From positions 15,208,963 to 15,272,962 of the forward strand of contig NC_069008.1 in the NCBI RefSeq assembly GCF_001194135.2: DNA of 64,000 bases, given 5' to 3'. Position 1 is the first letter of the stretch, and every line of letters starts with the position of its first letter. This DNA is from Octopus bimaculoides (taxonomy: Eukaryota). Below are positions 1 to 17,146 of the stretch, in pieces. Under the pieces are notes generated by a model. It saw only the letters and a list, made by a program, of their open reading frames with translations, ran no database searches and had not been told where the DNA came from. The position numbers and the translations under genes were made by a program.

Positions 1-29
1 CTTAATTCCATTTCTGGTGTATGTAACAA

Positions 30-1190
30 AAATTTAGTTTTAGATATTTTATGTGAAGGTAATTCTAAGTAGTAACACTAATTACAATCATCCTAACATT
101 CCCGGTGCCAAGTTCCACATGTTCAAAGCGAGCTTATAAGTCTTCCTGTCTGTCGAGCAACAAATAGCCCCAACGCGATTACACGACAAGCTGGAAGCGA
201 AGCGAACGATACTGGCTCAATTAGACTTTCATTCACAAAGAGTATGCAATGTATCAATATATGTGAAGGAGCGAAAACAGGATGAAGCGGTGGACGGAAA
301 GCAAAGGAAGCTTGTATGGATATCAACGCCATTGTTTACAACCAGTGAAAACACATGGAAACGAACACATATAGGAACTCACACAAATGTACAGTTGTGT
401 GTGTAGGTAGGTAGATAGAAAGATGTGTGTGTGTATACATACACATAAGCGCATATATGTACGTATGCAATTAGCTCCTTTCTGCTTCTGTTGGCCAAAT
501 AAATTGATAAATTGATGGGGCCTCAGACAAGCAGAAACTACCATGCAATTGGCTCCTTTTTGCTTTTGTTTGCCAAATCCATTGGGGCCTCTAACAAAAA
601 ACAACTGCTTTGAAAAGAAAGCAATGTAAAAAATGAAACATATACAAACAACACCTGCTGTGTGTGTTTTCAGGCTTTATTGGACATGACTCCCCCCAGA
701 TATAAAAGAGCAGTTTTATATCAAGAAATACAAAATCTGAAACAAATTGCTTCTATTAAGTATGTCAAACTGCTGAAAAAGAAAGCCTAAAGAAAGGATC
801 CAAAATGAGTGGAGTAGTTATTGCTGTAGCCAAGGTCCAAAAACACTCACTCTACTTTAGATGGAGTTTAAAATATTTGTTGCTACGAATTTTCACTCTG
901 ATACATATCAGGATGAATACAAACAAGCCTCGTTTACGATCTACTTTCTGGAGAATGATTTACCAGATATCACGGTGAATGAAGCGAATTTCCCCCAAAG
1001 GGAAAAGAATGGTGGGGTACAGAACTGGGAGTTCCATAATCAGGTCAAAATTGATAGATATACATTTATATCTATATATAACCCAGTGACGCTACCGAGT
1101 AATACACGCTAATTAACCAGTTAAGAATAGACTAAATGTACAAGGGAGATAACGCGTGCTAGCTGTCAAATACTTCGCATGAGTGATACG
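30..1190. repeat. Segmental duplicate of ~4755-5900 (module upstream of the promoter)
   Basis: Colinear near-identical blocks, for example attttatgtgaaggtaattctaagtagtaacact and tgctgtagccaaggtccaaaaacactcactctactttagatggagtttaaa. Offset ~4.7 kb. Confidence 0.85.
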
Positions 1191-2177
1191 TTTGGATGAT
1201 GCTTTTAACAAACAAACATTTTACACTTCAAAGGTTGTAAATATGAGTATTGGTATATATATATATATATATATATATGGTACTGCTTCTGCTTCTGCAC
1301 NNNNNNNNNNNNNNNNNNNNNNNNNNNNNNNNNNNNNNNNNNNNNNNNNNNNNNNNNNNNNNNNNNNNNNNNNNNNNNNNNNNNNNNNNNNNNNNNNNNN
1401 NNNNNNNNNNNNNNNNNNNNNNNNNNNNNNNNNNNNNNNNNNNNNNNNNNNNNNNNNNNNNNNNNNNNNNNNNNNNNNNNNNNNNNNNNNNNNNNNNNNN
1501 NNNNNNNNNNNNNNNNNNNNNNNNNNNNNNNNNNNNNNNNNNNNNNNNNNNNNNNNNNNNNNNNNNNNNNNNNNNNNNNNNNNNNNNNNNNNNNNNNNNN
1601 NNNNNNNNNNNNNNNNNNNNNNNNNNNNNNNNNNNNNNNNNNNNNNNNNNNNNNNNNNNNNNNNNNNNNNNNNNNNNNNNNNNNNNNNNNNNNNNNNNNN
1701 NNNNNNNNNNNNNNNNNNNNNNNNNNNNNNNNNNNNNNNNNNNNNNNNNNNNNNNNNNNNNNNNNNNNNNNNNNNNNNNNNNNNNNNNNNNNNNNNNNNN
1801 NNNNNNNNNNNNNNNNNNNNNNNNNNNNNNNNNNNNNNNNNNNNNNNNNNNNNNNNNNNNNNNNNNNNNNNNNNNNNNNNNNNNNNNNNNNNNNNNNNNN
1901 NNNNNNNNNNNNNNNNNNNNNNNNNNNNNNNNNNNNNNNNNNNNNNNNNNNNNNNNNNNNNNNNNNNNNNNNNNNNNNNNNNNNNNNNNNNNNNNNNNNN
2001 NNNNNNNNNNNNNNNNNNNNNNNNNNNNNNNNNNNNNNNNNNNNNNNNNNNNNNNNNNNNNNNNNNNNNNNNNNNNNNNNNNNNNNNNNNNNNNNNNNNN
2101 NNNNNNNNNNNNNNNNNNNNNNNNNNNNNNNNNNNNNNNNNNNNNNNNNNNNNNNNNNNNNNNNNNNNNNNNNNNNN

Positions 2178-3231
<1,054 letters not shown>

Positions 3232-3335
3232 TCACTCTTTACAAAGAATTTGCTTTGTACATCATTTTCTTTCAGTCTTAAAATATGATAAATATTGAGC
3301 ATGTATCTTCAGTTATCCCACTGTCATATGATATT

Positions 3336-4477
3336 CTGAAATAATAAAGAAACATCAGTGTAAAATATGGAGGCTACTTAAAAATACAGATTCAAAAGTG
3401 GAAAATTTACGTTTCTACATGAATAAACATTTACCTGAATGACTGTTTAGCCCTGAGGCGTCTCTGAGCAGAAATATGTTAGACATTTCATTCAGCCTGT
3501 CTCTCTAGCATTGTATATCTAGGACTACATCATCCAACACAGTCTTCAATATTCATAAATGAAAGGTGAAATTTAAGAGAAATGTGCTGTCATTTCTAGT
3601 TGGTCATGTGAAGCAAATTATGTGTTTGAAAATCTTACAATATAGAATATAAATCATCTCCCTCTCTCTCGTTTTCAATTGTTTCTTATACTATTTTCAT
3701 TGATTCCACTATTTCTGACTTTGTCTCCATTTGCTTTCTCAATAAATATTCTTTAATTCCAGTCATTACCTCCCTAACCATAACACACACACAAAATTGA
3801 TAGAAAGGACAAGAATAATATTATAAGATAATATCTTGCTTTGTAATTTTTATCCTTTTCTTTTTCTTTCTTTTTTTTTTTTTTTTTGCTTTTGCTGTTA
3901 AATACGCTTCTGTTTCATATATAAAGGAATTTACGACTCTGAAAAAATATTTTGTTTCTAAAACCTGCAAAAATTGGCTCAGACGTGGCTTTGTGGTAGG
4001 AACCTTTGTTCCCAACTAGATGGTTCCAAGTTCTGTCCCACTGTATAGCACCTTGAACAAGTTATGAGAAAACAAATTACGAATGGTTTCGGCACACATC
4101 TGTACTTATATCAATTAACAAACATTCTATAAATTATTGGATTCTGAATATTTCAGTGATTGGAGTGTACTTTAGAATATTTCTGCAACTAAAACACACA
4201 ACAGACTAACGCGGCAACGATGGAGAGTGTAGAATGGAGCTTGCACAGGCAGAAATAGCAGCCAAATCTCACACAGATCATAACCATCTCCCTTCCATAA
4301 CTGAAAAATGGCATTGAAATCTTGCACAAACCATAGATACCCCTCTTACATTGCTAGAAATAGCAGCGAAATCTCGCACAAATCATAAACATCTCTCATG
4401 CATAAAAGATGAAGACAAAATAAGAAACAACGTCTACAGAATTAAAAGATTAAATGGTTTCATTGTGTAATACTTAC
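3336..4477 (-). other. Predicted 5' UTR intron 1 of gene A (representative of all ten units)
   Basis: Donor GTAAGT and acceptor cactgatgtttctttattatttcag. Homologous acceptors at 9126, 13107, 17308, 22876, 28818, 34408 and 53142 (-), and 38717, 45171 and 57396 (+). Confidence 0.72.
4248..4410 (-). repeat. 52-bp repeat, 3 units, gene A intron 1
   Basis: Three gaaatagcagc(c/g)aaatct-like cores, the middle one degenerate. Confidence 0.75.
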
Positions 4478-4608
4478 GGATATGTTTCATAAAAGACAGA
4501 GTTGTTATATAATGTGTGTGTAATATGTGTTAAACGTACTTTCAGTGTGTGTGTGTGAAGTAGAAAAGAGAAATTCATGTACCATAGAAAATTCTTTAAA
4601 TACCAATT

Positions 4609-4633
4609 CGGAACTACAATTACTGCGCATGCG
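4609..4633 (-). promoter_or_regulatory. ETS-like + NRF1-like composite promoter element, gene A
   Basis: cggaacta (ETS variant), then tgcgcatgcg 15 bp from the ETS start; ~130 nt upstream of the GTAAGT donor at 4472-4477. Confidence 0.7.
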
Positions 4634-5469
4634 TATTTTGTAATTTTTTTTTTTTTTTTTACATCAAACACATGGGAGTTAACTCTTGTCAGTACTTTTC
4701 AGCATAATACATTTCTCGGTCTGTCTCTGTCACAAAAATTTTCTTGAACTGGTTTTAGGTATTTTATGTGAAGGTAATTCTAAGTAGTAACACTGATTAT
4801 AATCATCCTAACATTCCTGGTGCCAACTTCCACGTGTTCCAAGCGAGCTTATAAGCCTCCCTGTCTGTTGAGCAAATAGTCCCAACGCGGTTACACAAGG
4901 AGCTGGAGACGAAGCAAATGACACTAGCTCAATGAGACTTTCATTCACAAAGAACATGCAATATACCAATACATGTGAAGGAGCGAAAACAGGATCAGGC
5001 AGTGGACTGAAAGCAAACGACCGAGGTTTGTTTGGATAGAAGGCCATTGTTTACATCAGTGAAAACACATGGACACGAACAGATATACAAACGTACAGTT
5101 GTGTGTGTGTGTAGGTAGGTAGGTAGATAGAAAGATAGATAGATACGTGTATGTATACAAACACATAAGCGCATATATGTACGTATGCAATTGGCTCCTT
5201 TCCTGCTTCTGTTGGCCAAATAAATTGATAAAGCTACAGATGAGGCCTCAGACAAGCATAAACTACTTTGAAAAGAAAGCTATGTAAAAAATTAAACGGA
5301 CAAACAAAATCTGCTGTGTGTGTGGTTTTAGGCTTTATTGGATATAACTCCTCCCAGATATAAAAGAACAGTTTTATATCAATTTTCCAGTAAAGAAAGA
5401 ATCCACAATGAGTGGACTAATCATTGCTGTGGCTAAGGTCCAAAAACACTCACTCTACTTTAGATGGAG

Positions 5470-5585
5470 TTTAAAGTGTTTGTTGCAATGAATTTTCAGA
5501 TTGATACACTTCACAATGAATATAAACATGTCTCGTTCATAATCTACTTCTGGAGAATGATTTACCACAGATATCACAATGAATT
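5470..5585 (-). pseudogene. Relic terminal zinc finger of an H/I-type gene (second copy at ~860-975)
   Basis: Minus strand reads cattgtgatatctgtggtaaatcattctcc ([10 protein letters not shown]), then sequence homologous to the relic finger and 3' flank of gene I (~51320-51400). Confidence 0.65.
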
Positions 5586-6319
5586 AGACAATTTTGGCCA
5601 AAATAGAAAACAAATGGCACAAATAAAGTAAAAGGAACTGGAAGTGTATTGTGATCAGCGATATCCGATAATCAAGTAAAAATTGATAGAAATAACCCGG
5701 TGACGCTATGGAGTAACACACGCTAATTAACCAAATAGTAAAGACGTTTTCGATCTACTTTGGATTCTTTGCCATCAAATTTGATTGCAAAGAATCCAAA
5801 CTAGATCGTAAACATCTATACACTAAATGCTCAAGGGATATAATGCGTGCTACCTGTGAAATATTTCGCATAAGAGATACATTTTGATGGCACTTTAAAT
5901 GGTCCTAAGAAAACTCATCTCAGGATTTTTGGCCGTAGGCAGCTCGCTGCAAAGCAAAAGATGAGTTGCTCCCACCACTTTGGTATATAATTGTTTCAAC
6001 CAATAAGGTGTAAAACAATTGGATCTATTTAATTTCATATGCAAAATCAGCCCCTTTTGATTCTGCTCAGATTGATTTCTATTTTTGTGTATCGCAAATT
6101 AAAGAATCTGATGTTATTTGTAATTAAATTTGGGTAATTTTAGCCAATCAGCAGACACTAACAGCTTGTTACCATGACAACCACACGTTTTGCTGTGTTG
6201 ATTCTTTACATCACGAGATTCAATTCACTTGTGTCTTGTTTTAATAAAATTTGACTGAAGAACTGAAAGCCATGAATGTTCCATCCTGGTTTTCTGTCTT
6301 TGTATCGTCCATCTGCCTG

Positions 6320-6441
<122 letters not shown>

Positions 6442-7419
6442 GAGAAAGACAAAATTTAAAGAGAAACTAATTTTGATTAAAAGATTTAGAACCATAGTAC
6501 TTGTTTTTGTATTTACCCTAAGTATGTTTCGTCTGCATTTGAAGTGTGTAAATATATAAATTTTCTACATTTCAAAACATTAATCTGTTTTCCTTTCTGG
6601 TAATTAAAATTTACTGTTATGAGGTAAACTACTACTTGTTGTCCATCATGTAGGTATCTTTGATCATAGTAGTTTATTACTGAGTGACTGAAGGAAAAGG
6701 AAAGAGCATTTACCATTAAAACTTGCCAAGCAGAAATGGGACAGCTACCAAGCAGAGAGGGAGACATATTTGTACATCTCTGGTAGCACTAACACAAAGT
6801 ATGTTGCCTGTGTCACAGATGCCAAGTAAAAAACAATTCCATTTAGTTTTCTGTATTTATAACAATTCCATAGCTAAACTAGGTCTAGTAACAAAGGATA
6901 TTTCGTGGGTTAACAAGGTTCAATTGAATTTAACACCAGATGTTGATGATGAAGAAAACCAATCTGAATTGAATGGAGCTTGACACAGGAAGTCAACACC
7001 TGACTCTGATAAATTTCCAAGAGCGAATCCAGAGAACAAAGGGGAAGGGAAAAAAATCCTCCAGAAAAATTCAGGCTGAGGTTTCAATCCCTGGTCAAGA
7101 AGCTGGCTTCAGGTATACAGGAAGCAAAACATATTAATATACTTTAAAAGCAAACAAAATATATTTATATTAGAAAAACGCCATCTGTATGTATTTATTC
7201 ATCAAACAAAAAATGTGTCAATACATTAATAGTGTTTCTCTCTGGCACAAAACCAAACTGCATCTCATCTTGGCTATCTCTTTTCCTAATGAATTGCGCT
7301 ATGACCCCTGACAAAACCGGGATGAAGTTGAAAAGGATGACACTCTCCTTGAGAAATATTTTCTTCCATTTTCGTAAGATAATTATAATCTAGACCTTTT
7401 GCCAAGTTTAATATAAAAA

Positions 7420-7898
7420 TGAAAATAGTCTGTTGTGGAGCACTAAACTATACTTATGCTCCATGTTACTCCTTTACACTATCTTTTGTCTTGTACTCAA
7501 GGTCATTCTTCGTTTTCGTTTGTGATCCCTTTGTTTTGTACTGGAGGTTATTACTTAAGTACATATTTGACAACTTTACCATGTCCCTCACAATGAAAAA
7601 AGCCATAAATTATGTTCTTGTTGAAGATATTTAATGAGTGAAGCATTGAAAAACTAATAAGAAATATACAGTAAATCATGGAAGTGACATTCAACAAAAG
7701 CCATGTATAGGGTTGCCAGGAGAAGCAGTTTCAGATTAGAGGTCCCTAATTGATGGAAAAAAGAATGGAAGAGGGGATGGCACTGCAAGAAAATTTTAAA
7801 AGAAAAGAACTGAAATTTTTGGAAAAACATTTCCGCAATCATGATTTCCATCACACGAATATTAAGAAGAGAAAAAGTTTACAGAAAAAACACACAAA
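7420..7898 (-). terminator. Type-1 3' module with candidate ATTAAA poly(A) signal (gene B; copies after C, E, F, partly G, and the orphan)
   Basis: Shared module with cactcATTAAAtat on the sense strand at 7630-7635, 11575-11580, 20586-20591, 27208-27213 and 42343-42348. Confidence 0.6.
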
Positions 7899-9060
<1,162 letters not shown>

Positions 9061-9780
9061 TCATTTTCTTTCAGATGATAAATATTGAGGATGTATCTTC
9101 AGTTATCCCAATGTCATATGATATTCTGAAATAATAAAGAAACATCAGTGTAAAATATGGAGGCTACTTAAAAAATACAGATTCAAAAGTGTTTTACACT
9201 TACTGTACTTTTATTATTATTATTTTTTTTTTTTGCTCGGGTCAAACACTGAAGTTTAACATCGTAATCTACGCCGTTTTAAAGGTATATAAATAAAATT
9301 TCATTAAAAGATATCCATTTTCCTAAAAATTACGAGGGAAAAAATTGGATCCTGTGAATTTTCCTAAAGTCCTCTCCCCTCTTTGGAGCAAATTTTTGTT
9401 TTCATATTTCTTTAATACACATTTTTTTCACATCTATTACACTTTTCTGTTTTCGTCACCGTGAGTTAAAGTAAACATTAACCGCCATCTCTTTGCCATA
9501 GCTAGAAATAGCAGCTAAATCTGGCAGAAATCATGGATATCTCTCATCCATAAAAGATGCGGGAGACAGAAACAATCGACACGTCAAAAACCGAACGTCT
9601 ACAGAATTAAAAGATTAAATGTTTTCATTGTTTAATACTTACGGAAATGTTTCATAAAAGAAAGAATAGTTATAAAGTGTGTGAATTATGTGTATTGAGA
9701 AAAGTATCAAAAGTGTTTGTAGAAGTTAATTGAAACAAATTCCTGCTCGAATTATACTTCTATCAAAGTGAAGGTAAAAA

Positions 9781-9805
9781 CGGAAGTACAATTATTGCCC
9801 ATAGG
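9781..9805 (-). promoter_or_regulatory. ETS + degenerate NRF1 element, gene B
   Basis: cggaagtacaattattgcccatagg; donor at 9637-9642. Confidence 0.6.
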
Positions 9806-9879
9806 TATCGTTAAATAAAACACATACGGGAGATAACTCTTGTCGCAATGTTTCAATTTAATGCAATTGTTTTTCCTAT

Positions 9880-11200
9880 CTGCTCGTATTTGGGAGATTC
9901 TTTCATTTATTCTCTGCATTTTCATAATAGCACTTCCAGGTCTCTTTCTTTTCAGAAGCACTGAGTGCAAACATGCCACTATCCTACACACATTTCTCCC
10001 CCAGAACTCAATGTTCTCTGGTACACTGCCTCACAAACCAGAACACTTTAGGCCTTCAGTCCTTGTATAATAGAACATTGGCAAACCTCTCTCTGAATCT
10101 TCCTCATCACTTAATGACTATCTTCCATACTGGCATAGGTTGAATGGTTTGACAGGACTTGGCAAACCAAAGAACTGCACCAAACTCTGTTGTCAGTTTT
10201 AGCATTGTTTCTACAGATGGACGGCCTTCCTTAAACCAACCACTTTACAAAATGTACTGGGTATTCTTTATATGGAACAACATTTGTGCTTTCAGCATGA
10301 CACCAGAATCAGTGGGTTCATCAAGTAGCTTGTAAGAAAAAACAACCCTTGGATGGGAGAGGGAATGATATCGAGGTGGCTTTGTGCTAGTTGAAAGGTT
10401 AAAGTATAACAGAGTGATAGAGATAGGTGCCATACTACGGAGGAAATAGTCAGCTACTCCAGTAGGAAAAGGGAAGACAGCAAGGAGAGAAAGACAGAAA
10501 CAGATGGTACTGGAAGTGCACCAGGAGCTACACACAGGAGATAGTGGGGGAATGTGAGCAATACTGGGGGGTGGGGGTAGAGGTGAATATTTCAAGAGGA
10601 TTGAAGATGTTTAGAGATAAAGAGGAGGTGACTGTAGCAAGTGACAGTGAGAGAAGTAGCCTTGCCCCAGCCAATGGCAGGTCTGAGAGGACATGGAAAA
10701 TGTATGGGTAGGCATATGAAAGAGAGTGGCAGAGGCTGCAGCAGGTGGGGATCATGGGTGGATGAAGGGGGAATGTTGAAAAGATAGGTTGTGAGAGATT
10801 TTTGACAGAGGGAGGGATACGGCATGGCTGTAAAGGACATACTTGTATATATGGCCACAATTTGGCTTAGATTGTGTTTTCAAGCACAATAAATCACCAG
10901 ATGTCTTGGTCCCTTGTTGTCTCTTCTGTGTGGCTCAAAATCTGAAGATAATTTCTCACATCTTCCTGGGTCTACCTCATGCAAAAATTCTCTCCATAAT
11001 TAGATAGGCATTTCTTTATACAGCTGCTCTTCTCCATATGCATCACATCATCATACCAATAGTCTTCGATCTTCTACACCAAGCAGGGTCATTTTCCTAA
11101 AGGATTGGTAATTTATTTGCTTTCCTAATTCATTAGGATTTAGGTCTTTGCTAAAATAATTATAAGGCCCTTTGACTTTAGACCTCTCTAAATTTATTAG
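9880..11200. repeat. Intergenic block duplicated at ~26100-27160
   Basis: Shared colinear text, for example tcaatgttctctggtacactgcctcacaaacca and ggatacggcatggctgtaaagga. Confidence 0.8.
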
Positions 11201-11390
11201 AGATTGTGCTATAACAAATTCATCAGCAAAGAGGAGCCTCAAAAGGCAACCGGTCTTCAATTCCTCTAATATGTCCTTGAGGATCAGGATAAACAAGAGT
11301 GGGTTGAAAACCAATCCATGGTGAACTCTTAGCTGCACACTAAATTCATTGCTGTACTCATAGCCAATTTTCATCTCAATGACAGCCCTG
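10940..11390 (-). mobile_element. Decayed RTE-like LINE reverse-transcriptase fragment (partial second copy ~26940-27150)
   Basis: Translation VHHGLVFNPLLFILILKDILEELKTGCLLRLLFADE resembles the GVxQGSxLSPLLF...LLYADD motifs of non-LTR RT. Confidence 0.7.
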
Positions 11391-11858
11391 CAAAATATAC
11401 TTATGCCCCATGTTTCCCCTTTGCAGTCTCTTTTGTTTTGTACTCAAGGTCATTCTTTGGTTTTCCTTTGTGATCCCTTTGTTTTGTACTGGAGGTTATT
11501 ACCTATGTACATATTTTACACCTTTTACTGTAACCCTCACAATGTAAAAGAAATAAATTATGTTATTGTTGATATTTAATGAGTGAAGCATTGAAAAACT
11601 AATAAACAATATACAGTAAATCATGGAAGTGACATTCAACAAAACCCACAAGCAGGGTTGCTAGGAGGAGCAGTTTCAGAATAGAGGTCCCTACATTATA
11701 GAAAAAGGAACAGAAAAAGAGCATGGCACTGCAAGATAATTTTAAAAGAAACGAAAGAAATTGAAATTATTGAAAGACCATGTTCACAATCATAATTTCC
11801 ATTACATGAATCAGGAATATTAGAAAGAAAAAAAAGTTTACAGAACAAACCACACAAA

Positions 11859-12944
<1,086 letters not shown>

Positions 12945-14186
12945 TATTTTTCTCCTTGAATCACAATGTATATATATATTGTTCTTGTTTTCCTTCTTAT
13001 AGTTTACTCTTACAAAGAATATGCTTTGTACATCATTTTCTTTCAGTTTTAAAAGATTATAAATATTGAGGATGTATCTTCAGTTATCCCAATGTCATAT
13101 GATATTCTGAAATAATAAAGAAACATCAGTGTAATATATGGAGGCTACTTAAAAAATACAGATTCAAAAGTGGGAAATTTACCTGAACAACTGAACTTAT
13201 AATTTGACATTGTTGTTTAGCCCCGAGCAGAAATACAATTAAAAACATTCTATCTTGTTTTTCTCTTTAGCATTGTATATCTAGGATATAATAATGCACT
13301 CATTTACAATTGTGACATGGTGTGACTGTGAGGAAACAGAAATGCAAACACACACAATTATGTTTTCGAAAAATCATTGTTTTACCCAAAACTACAATGT
13401 TATTTTGTGTTTTTATCATTTTATTCCTGTTACACTCTTCCAGGCACTTCTTCTCCCCTATTATGTAGGAACCCCTAACTTACCATCTTGAGTATTACAC
13501 ATGATTAATGCTTCAAAAATAACACCAGTTGTAGGCATTAGAATTTATCATTTTAGAGAAATCAGGGAAGGGTTTAATGTGAACAGTGTAATTTCAAATC
13601 AGGTTCAGGGCTACCCCACAGATAATCTGAAATTGATGTCAGATCACTAAGAAGCAACCTTCAACTTTAATACTAATATCTGTCGTAATTTTCATTGTAT
13701 TAAAAGATATTCATTTAATTTCATTCCAGAAAGGAAATGCAGAGTAGTCCTCAAAATTTAATTTTTTGCAACAAGATTGTAATCTACATCATAAAAATTT
13801 ATGAAGAAAACCCAATCAGCATATCTACACAAATGTGTCCACCGTCCCAAATTTATTTCCTCAGAACTTTCAGAAAAATGGATATTTATTAGTGAAATTT
13901 TTACAAATACACTTCAGATAGTGCAGATTCTGATCATATCAGAAATTATGAGGGAAAATTGTTTTAGATTCATTTATTTTTCGTTTGAGTAATAGAAAAG
14001 GTTTTTCAGAAAGATCCCAATGGTGGAGATGTGCTAAGAACAACAGCTAAATCACTCTCTCCATTTTTTCAATAGTGAAACCATATTCAATACCGTATTT
14101 ACGAATTTGTTTCTCTCATTATAGTACATGAGATCTTTTTTAAAACCTTTTTCTATTTCTTGAACGAAATATAGATGAATCTTACA

Positions 14187-14483
14187 CCTAGTACACTATT
14201 TGTTCTTCCATTTTTGTGACGGGAGTGGGTGGAGATAATTCACAGGATCCAGTAATCCCACTTTGACAGCCGATCACAAAAATGAAAAAACAATAGTGTG
14301 ATAGGTGTAAAACATGTAGTAAACGAATATGAAAAAAAAAAAAAAAAAAATGCGCGCTGGCGAACGAGAGAGAGGACTCGGGAAATTCAGACCTTGACCT
14401 TTAAACTCCAGTGTTGCTGGATCGTGTGAATTATCCGAGTCTGCAACCGGTTACAAAAGTTGAAAAACAAATAGTGTACTAGG
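14187..14483. mobile_element. MITE-like element with long imperfect TIRs
   Basis: cctagtacactatttg...gataattcacaggatccag versus ctggatcgtgtgaattatc...caaatagtgtactagg, plus an extra internal arm copy. The right flank is a gap. Confidence 0.45.
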
Positions 14484-15441
14484 NNNNNNNNNNNNNNNNN
14501 NNNNNNNNNNNNNNNNNNNNNNNNNNNNNNNNNNNNNNNNNNNNNNNNNNNNNNNNNNNNNNNNNNNNNNNNNNNNNNNNNNNNNNNNNNNNNNNNNNNN
14601 NNNNNNNNNNNNNNNNNNNNNNNNNNNNNNNNNNNNNNNNNNNNNNNNNNNNNNNNNNNNNNNNNNNNNNNNNNNNNNNNNNNNNNNNNNNNNNNNNNNN
14701 NNNNNNNNNNNNNNNNNNNNNNNNNNNNNNNNNNNNNNNNNNNNNNNNNNNNNNNNNNNNNNNNNNNNNNNNNNNNNNNNNNNNNNNNNNNNNNNNNNNN
14801 NNNNNNNNNNNNNNNNNNNNNNNNNNNNNNNNNNNNNNNNNNNNNNNNNNNNNNNNNNNNNNNNNNNNNNNNNNNNNNNNNNNNNNNNNNNNNNNNNNNN
14901 NNNNNNNNNNNNNNNNNNNNNNNNNNNNNNNNNNNNNNNNNNNNNNNNNNNNNNNNNNNNNNNNNNNNNNNNNNNNNNNNNNNNNNNNNNNNNNNNNNNN
15001 NNNNNNNNNNNNNNNNNNNNNNNNNNNNNNNNNNNNNNNNNNNNNNNNNNNNNNNNNNNNNNNNNNNNNNNNNNNNNNNNNNNNNNNNNNNNNNNNNNNN
15101 NNNNNNNNNNNNNNNNNNNNNNNNNNNNNNNNNNNNNNNNNNNNNNNNNNNNNNNNNNNNNNNNNNNNNNNNNNNNNNNNNNNNNNNNNNNNNNNNNNNN
15201 NNNNNNNNNNNNNNNNNNNNNNNNNNNNNNNNNNNNNNNNNNNNNNNNNNNNNNNNNNNNNNNNNNNNNNNNNNNNNNNNNNNNTTCATTGTTTAATACT
15301 TACGGAAATGTTTCATAAAAGAAAGAATAGTTATAAAGTGTGTGAATTATGTGTATTGAGAAAAGTATCAAAAGTGTTTGTAGAAGTTAATTGAAACAAA
15401 TTCCTGCTCGAATTATACTTCTTTCAAAGTGAAGGTAAAAA

Positions 15442-15466
15442 CGGAAGTACAATTATTGCCCATGCG
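15442..15466 (-). promoter_or_regulatory. ETS + NRF1-like element, gene C
   Basis: cggaagtacaattattgcccatgcg; donor at 15298-15303. Confidence 0.65.
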
Positions 15467-15754
15467 TATCGTTAAATAAAACACATACGGGAGATAACTC
15501 TTGTCGCAATGTTTCAATTTAATGCAATTGTTTTTCCTGTCTGTCTCCATAATAAAACTTTTCTAGAACTAGTTTCAGATATTTTATATGAAGGTAATTC
15601 CTAGTGATAACACTGACTCTCCTTATCATCCTGATTTCACCCCTAATTCTGAAACTAGAATTAGTACTCATTCTTTTAATCACGGGCCCGAGAAACAATG
15701 AAGATTTTTAACTTCTACTCTCTGATGCAGCATGGGACAAGGTTTCTACAGACA

Positions 15755-16057
15755 GTTGACAATGATATGGTTTCTCTCCTGTATGAATACATTTATGTCT
15801 AGTTAAGTCACTACTTACAGAGATCGATTTACCACAGATATCATTGTCATATGGTTTCTCTCCTGTATGAACACACGTTTGTGTGCAGGTATCACAATGA
15901 CACAGCTTCACTCCTGTATGAACACGTCTGTGGGCAGTTAAAGAACCATTTTTAGAATATGATTAACCACTGGTAGCAGTTACATGGCTTCTCTCCGATA
16001 TAAATATGTTTATGTAAAGTCAAGGCAGTACTGCAGGAGAATGATTTACTGCAGGCA
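15755..16057 (-). pseudogene. Degenerate finger tail of gene D beyond its stop
   Basis: About 4 broken finger units (CSTALTLH, KNGSLTAH, VSSDLTRH) with further indels. They end abruptly at ~15755 against the upstream module of gene C. Confidence 0.75.
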
Positions 16058-17146
16058 TCAGTGATGTTGTTTCTCTCCAATATGAATAGGTCTGTGTGCA
16101 GTTAGGCGACTACTGTCAGAGAATGATTTACCACAAATATCACACTGATATGGTTTCTCTCCTGTATGAATACGTTTGTGTCTAGGTAAAGCACTACTAT
16201 CAGAGAATGATTTACCACAGATATCACAATGATGTGGCTTCTCTCCTGTGTGAGTACGTTTGTGTGTAGTAACGTGAATACTTCTAGAGAATGATTTACC
16301 ACAGATATCACAGTGATAGGGATTCTCTCCTGTATGAATACATCTGTGTGCAGTCATGGCACTATTGCAAGTGAAAGATTTACCACAGATATCACAATGA
16401 TAAGGCTTCTCTCCTGTATGAATATATCTATGAGCAGTTAAGTGACTATTTTGTGAGAATGATTTACCACAGGTATCACAGTGATATAGTTTCTCTCCTG
16501 TATGGTTACGTTTATGTGTGGTTAAGTGACAATTCTTAGAGAATGATTTACCACAGATATCACAATGGTATGGCTTCTCTCCTGTATGAGTACGTTTGTG
16601 TGAAGTCAAGGTATTACTGTCAGAGAATGATTTACCACAGGTAATACAGTGATATGGTTTCTCTCCTGTATGAATACGTTTATGTCTAGGTAAAGCACTA
16701 CTATCAGAGAATGTTTTACCACAGATATCACAATGATATGGCTTCTCTCCTGTATGAATACGTATGTGTGTAGTTAAGTCACAACTGCGAGAGAACAATT
16801 TACCACAGACATCACAGTGAAATGGCTTCTCTCCAGTATGAATACATTTGTGTTTAGTTAAGTGACATCTTTGAGAGAATGATTTACCACAGATATCACA
16901 ATGATATGGTTTCTCTCCTGTATGAGTACGTATGTGTGTAGTTAAGTCACAACTGCGAGAGAACGATTTGCCACAGACATCACAGTGAAATGGCTTCTCT
17001 CCAGTATGAATACGTTTGTGTTTAGTTAAGTTACTTTTTTGAGAGAAGCATCTTTTACAGACATCACAGTTATATGAAGACTTTCTTATCTCTTTTATCA
17101 TGTCTTCATGAGAAATCAATTCTTCAACCTGCTCACTCTTTTCCAT
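16058..17146 (-). CDS. C2H2 zinc-finger gene D, 12 fingers, ended by a TG-slip stop
   Basis: Open frame from MEKSEQ with 12 canonical fingers. The stop arises from cactgtgat reduced to cactgat at ~16060. Confidence 0.9.
   Translation of the reverse strand: MEKSEQVEELISHEDMIKEIRKSSYNCDVCKRCFSQKSNLTKHKRIHTGEKPFHCDVCGKSFSRSCDLTTHIRTHTGEKPYHCDICGKSFSQRCHLTKHKCIHTGEKPFHCDVCGKLFSRSCDLTTHIRIHTGEKPYHCDICGKTFSDSSALPRHKRIHTGEKPYHCITCGKSFSDSNTLTSHKRTHTGEKPYHCDICGKSFSKNCHLTTHKRNHTGEKLYHCDTCGKSFSQNSHLTAHRYIHTGEKPYHCDICGKSFTCNSAMTAHRCIHTGENPYHCDICGKSFSRSIHVTTHKRTHTGEKPHHCDICGKSFSDSSALPRHKRIHTGEKPYQCDICGKSFSDSSRLTAHRPIHIGEKQHH

Noticed and set aside
861-1112. 83-aa plus-strand ORF MEFKIFVATN
   Set aside because: It is the antisense of a relic finger, and the paralogous copy at ~5464-5720 is interrupted.
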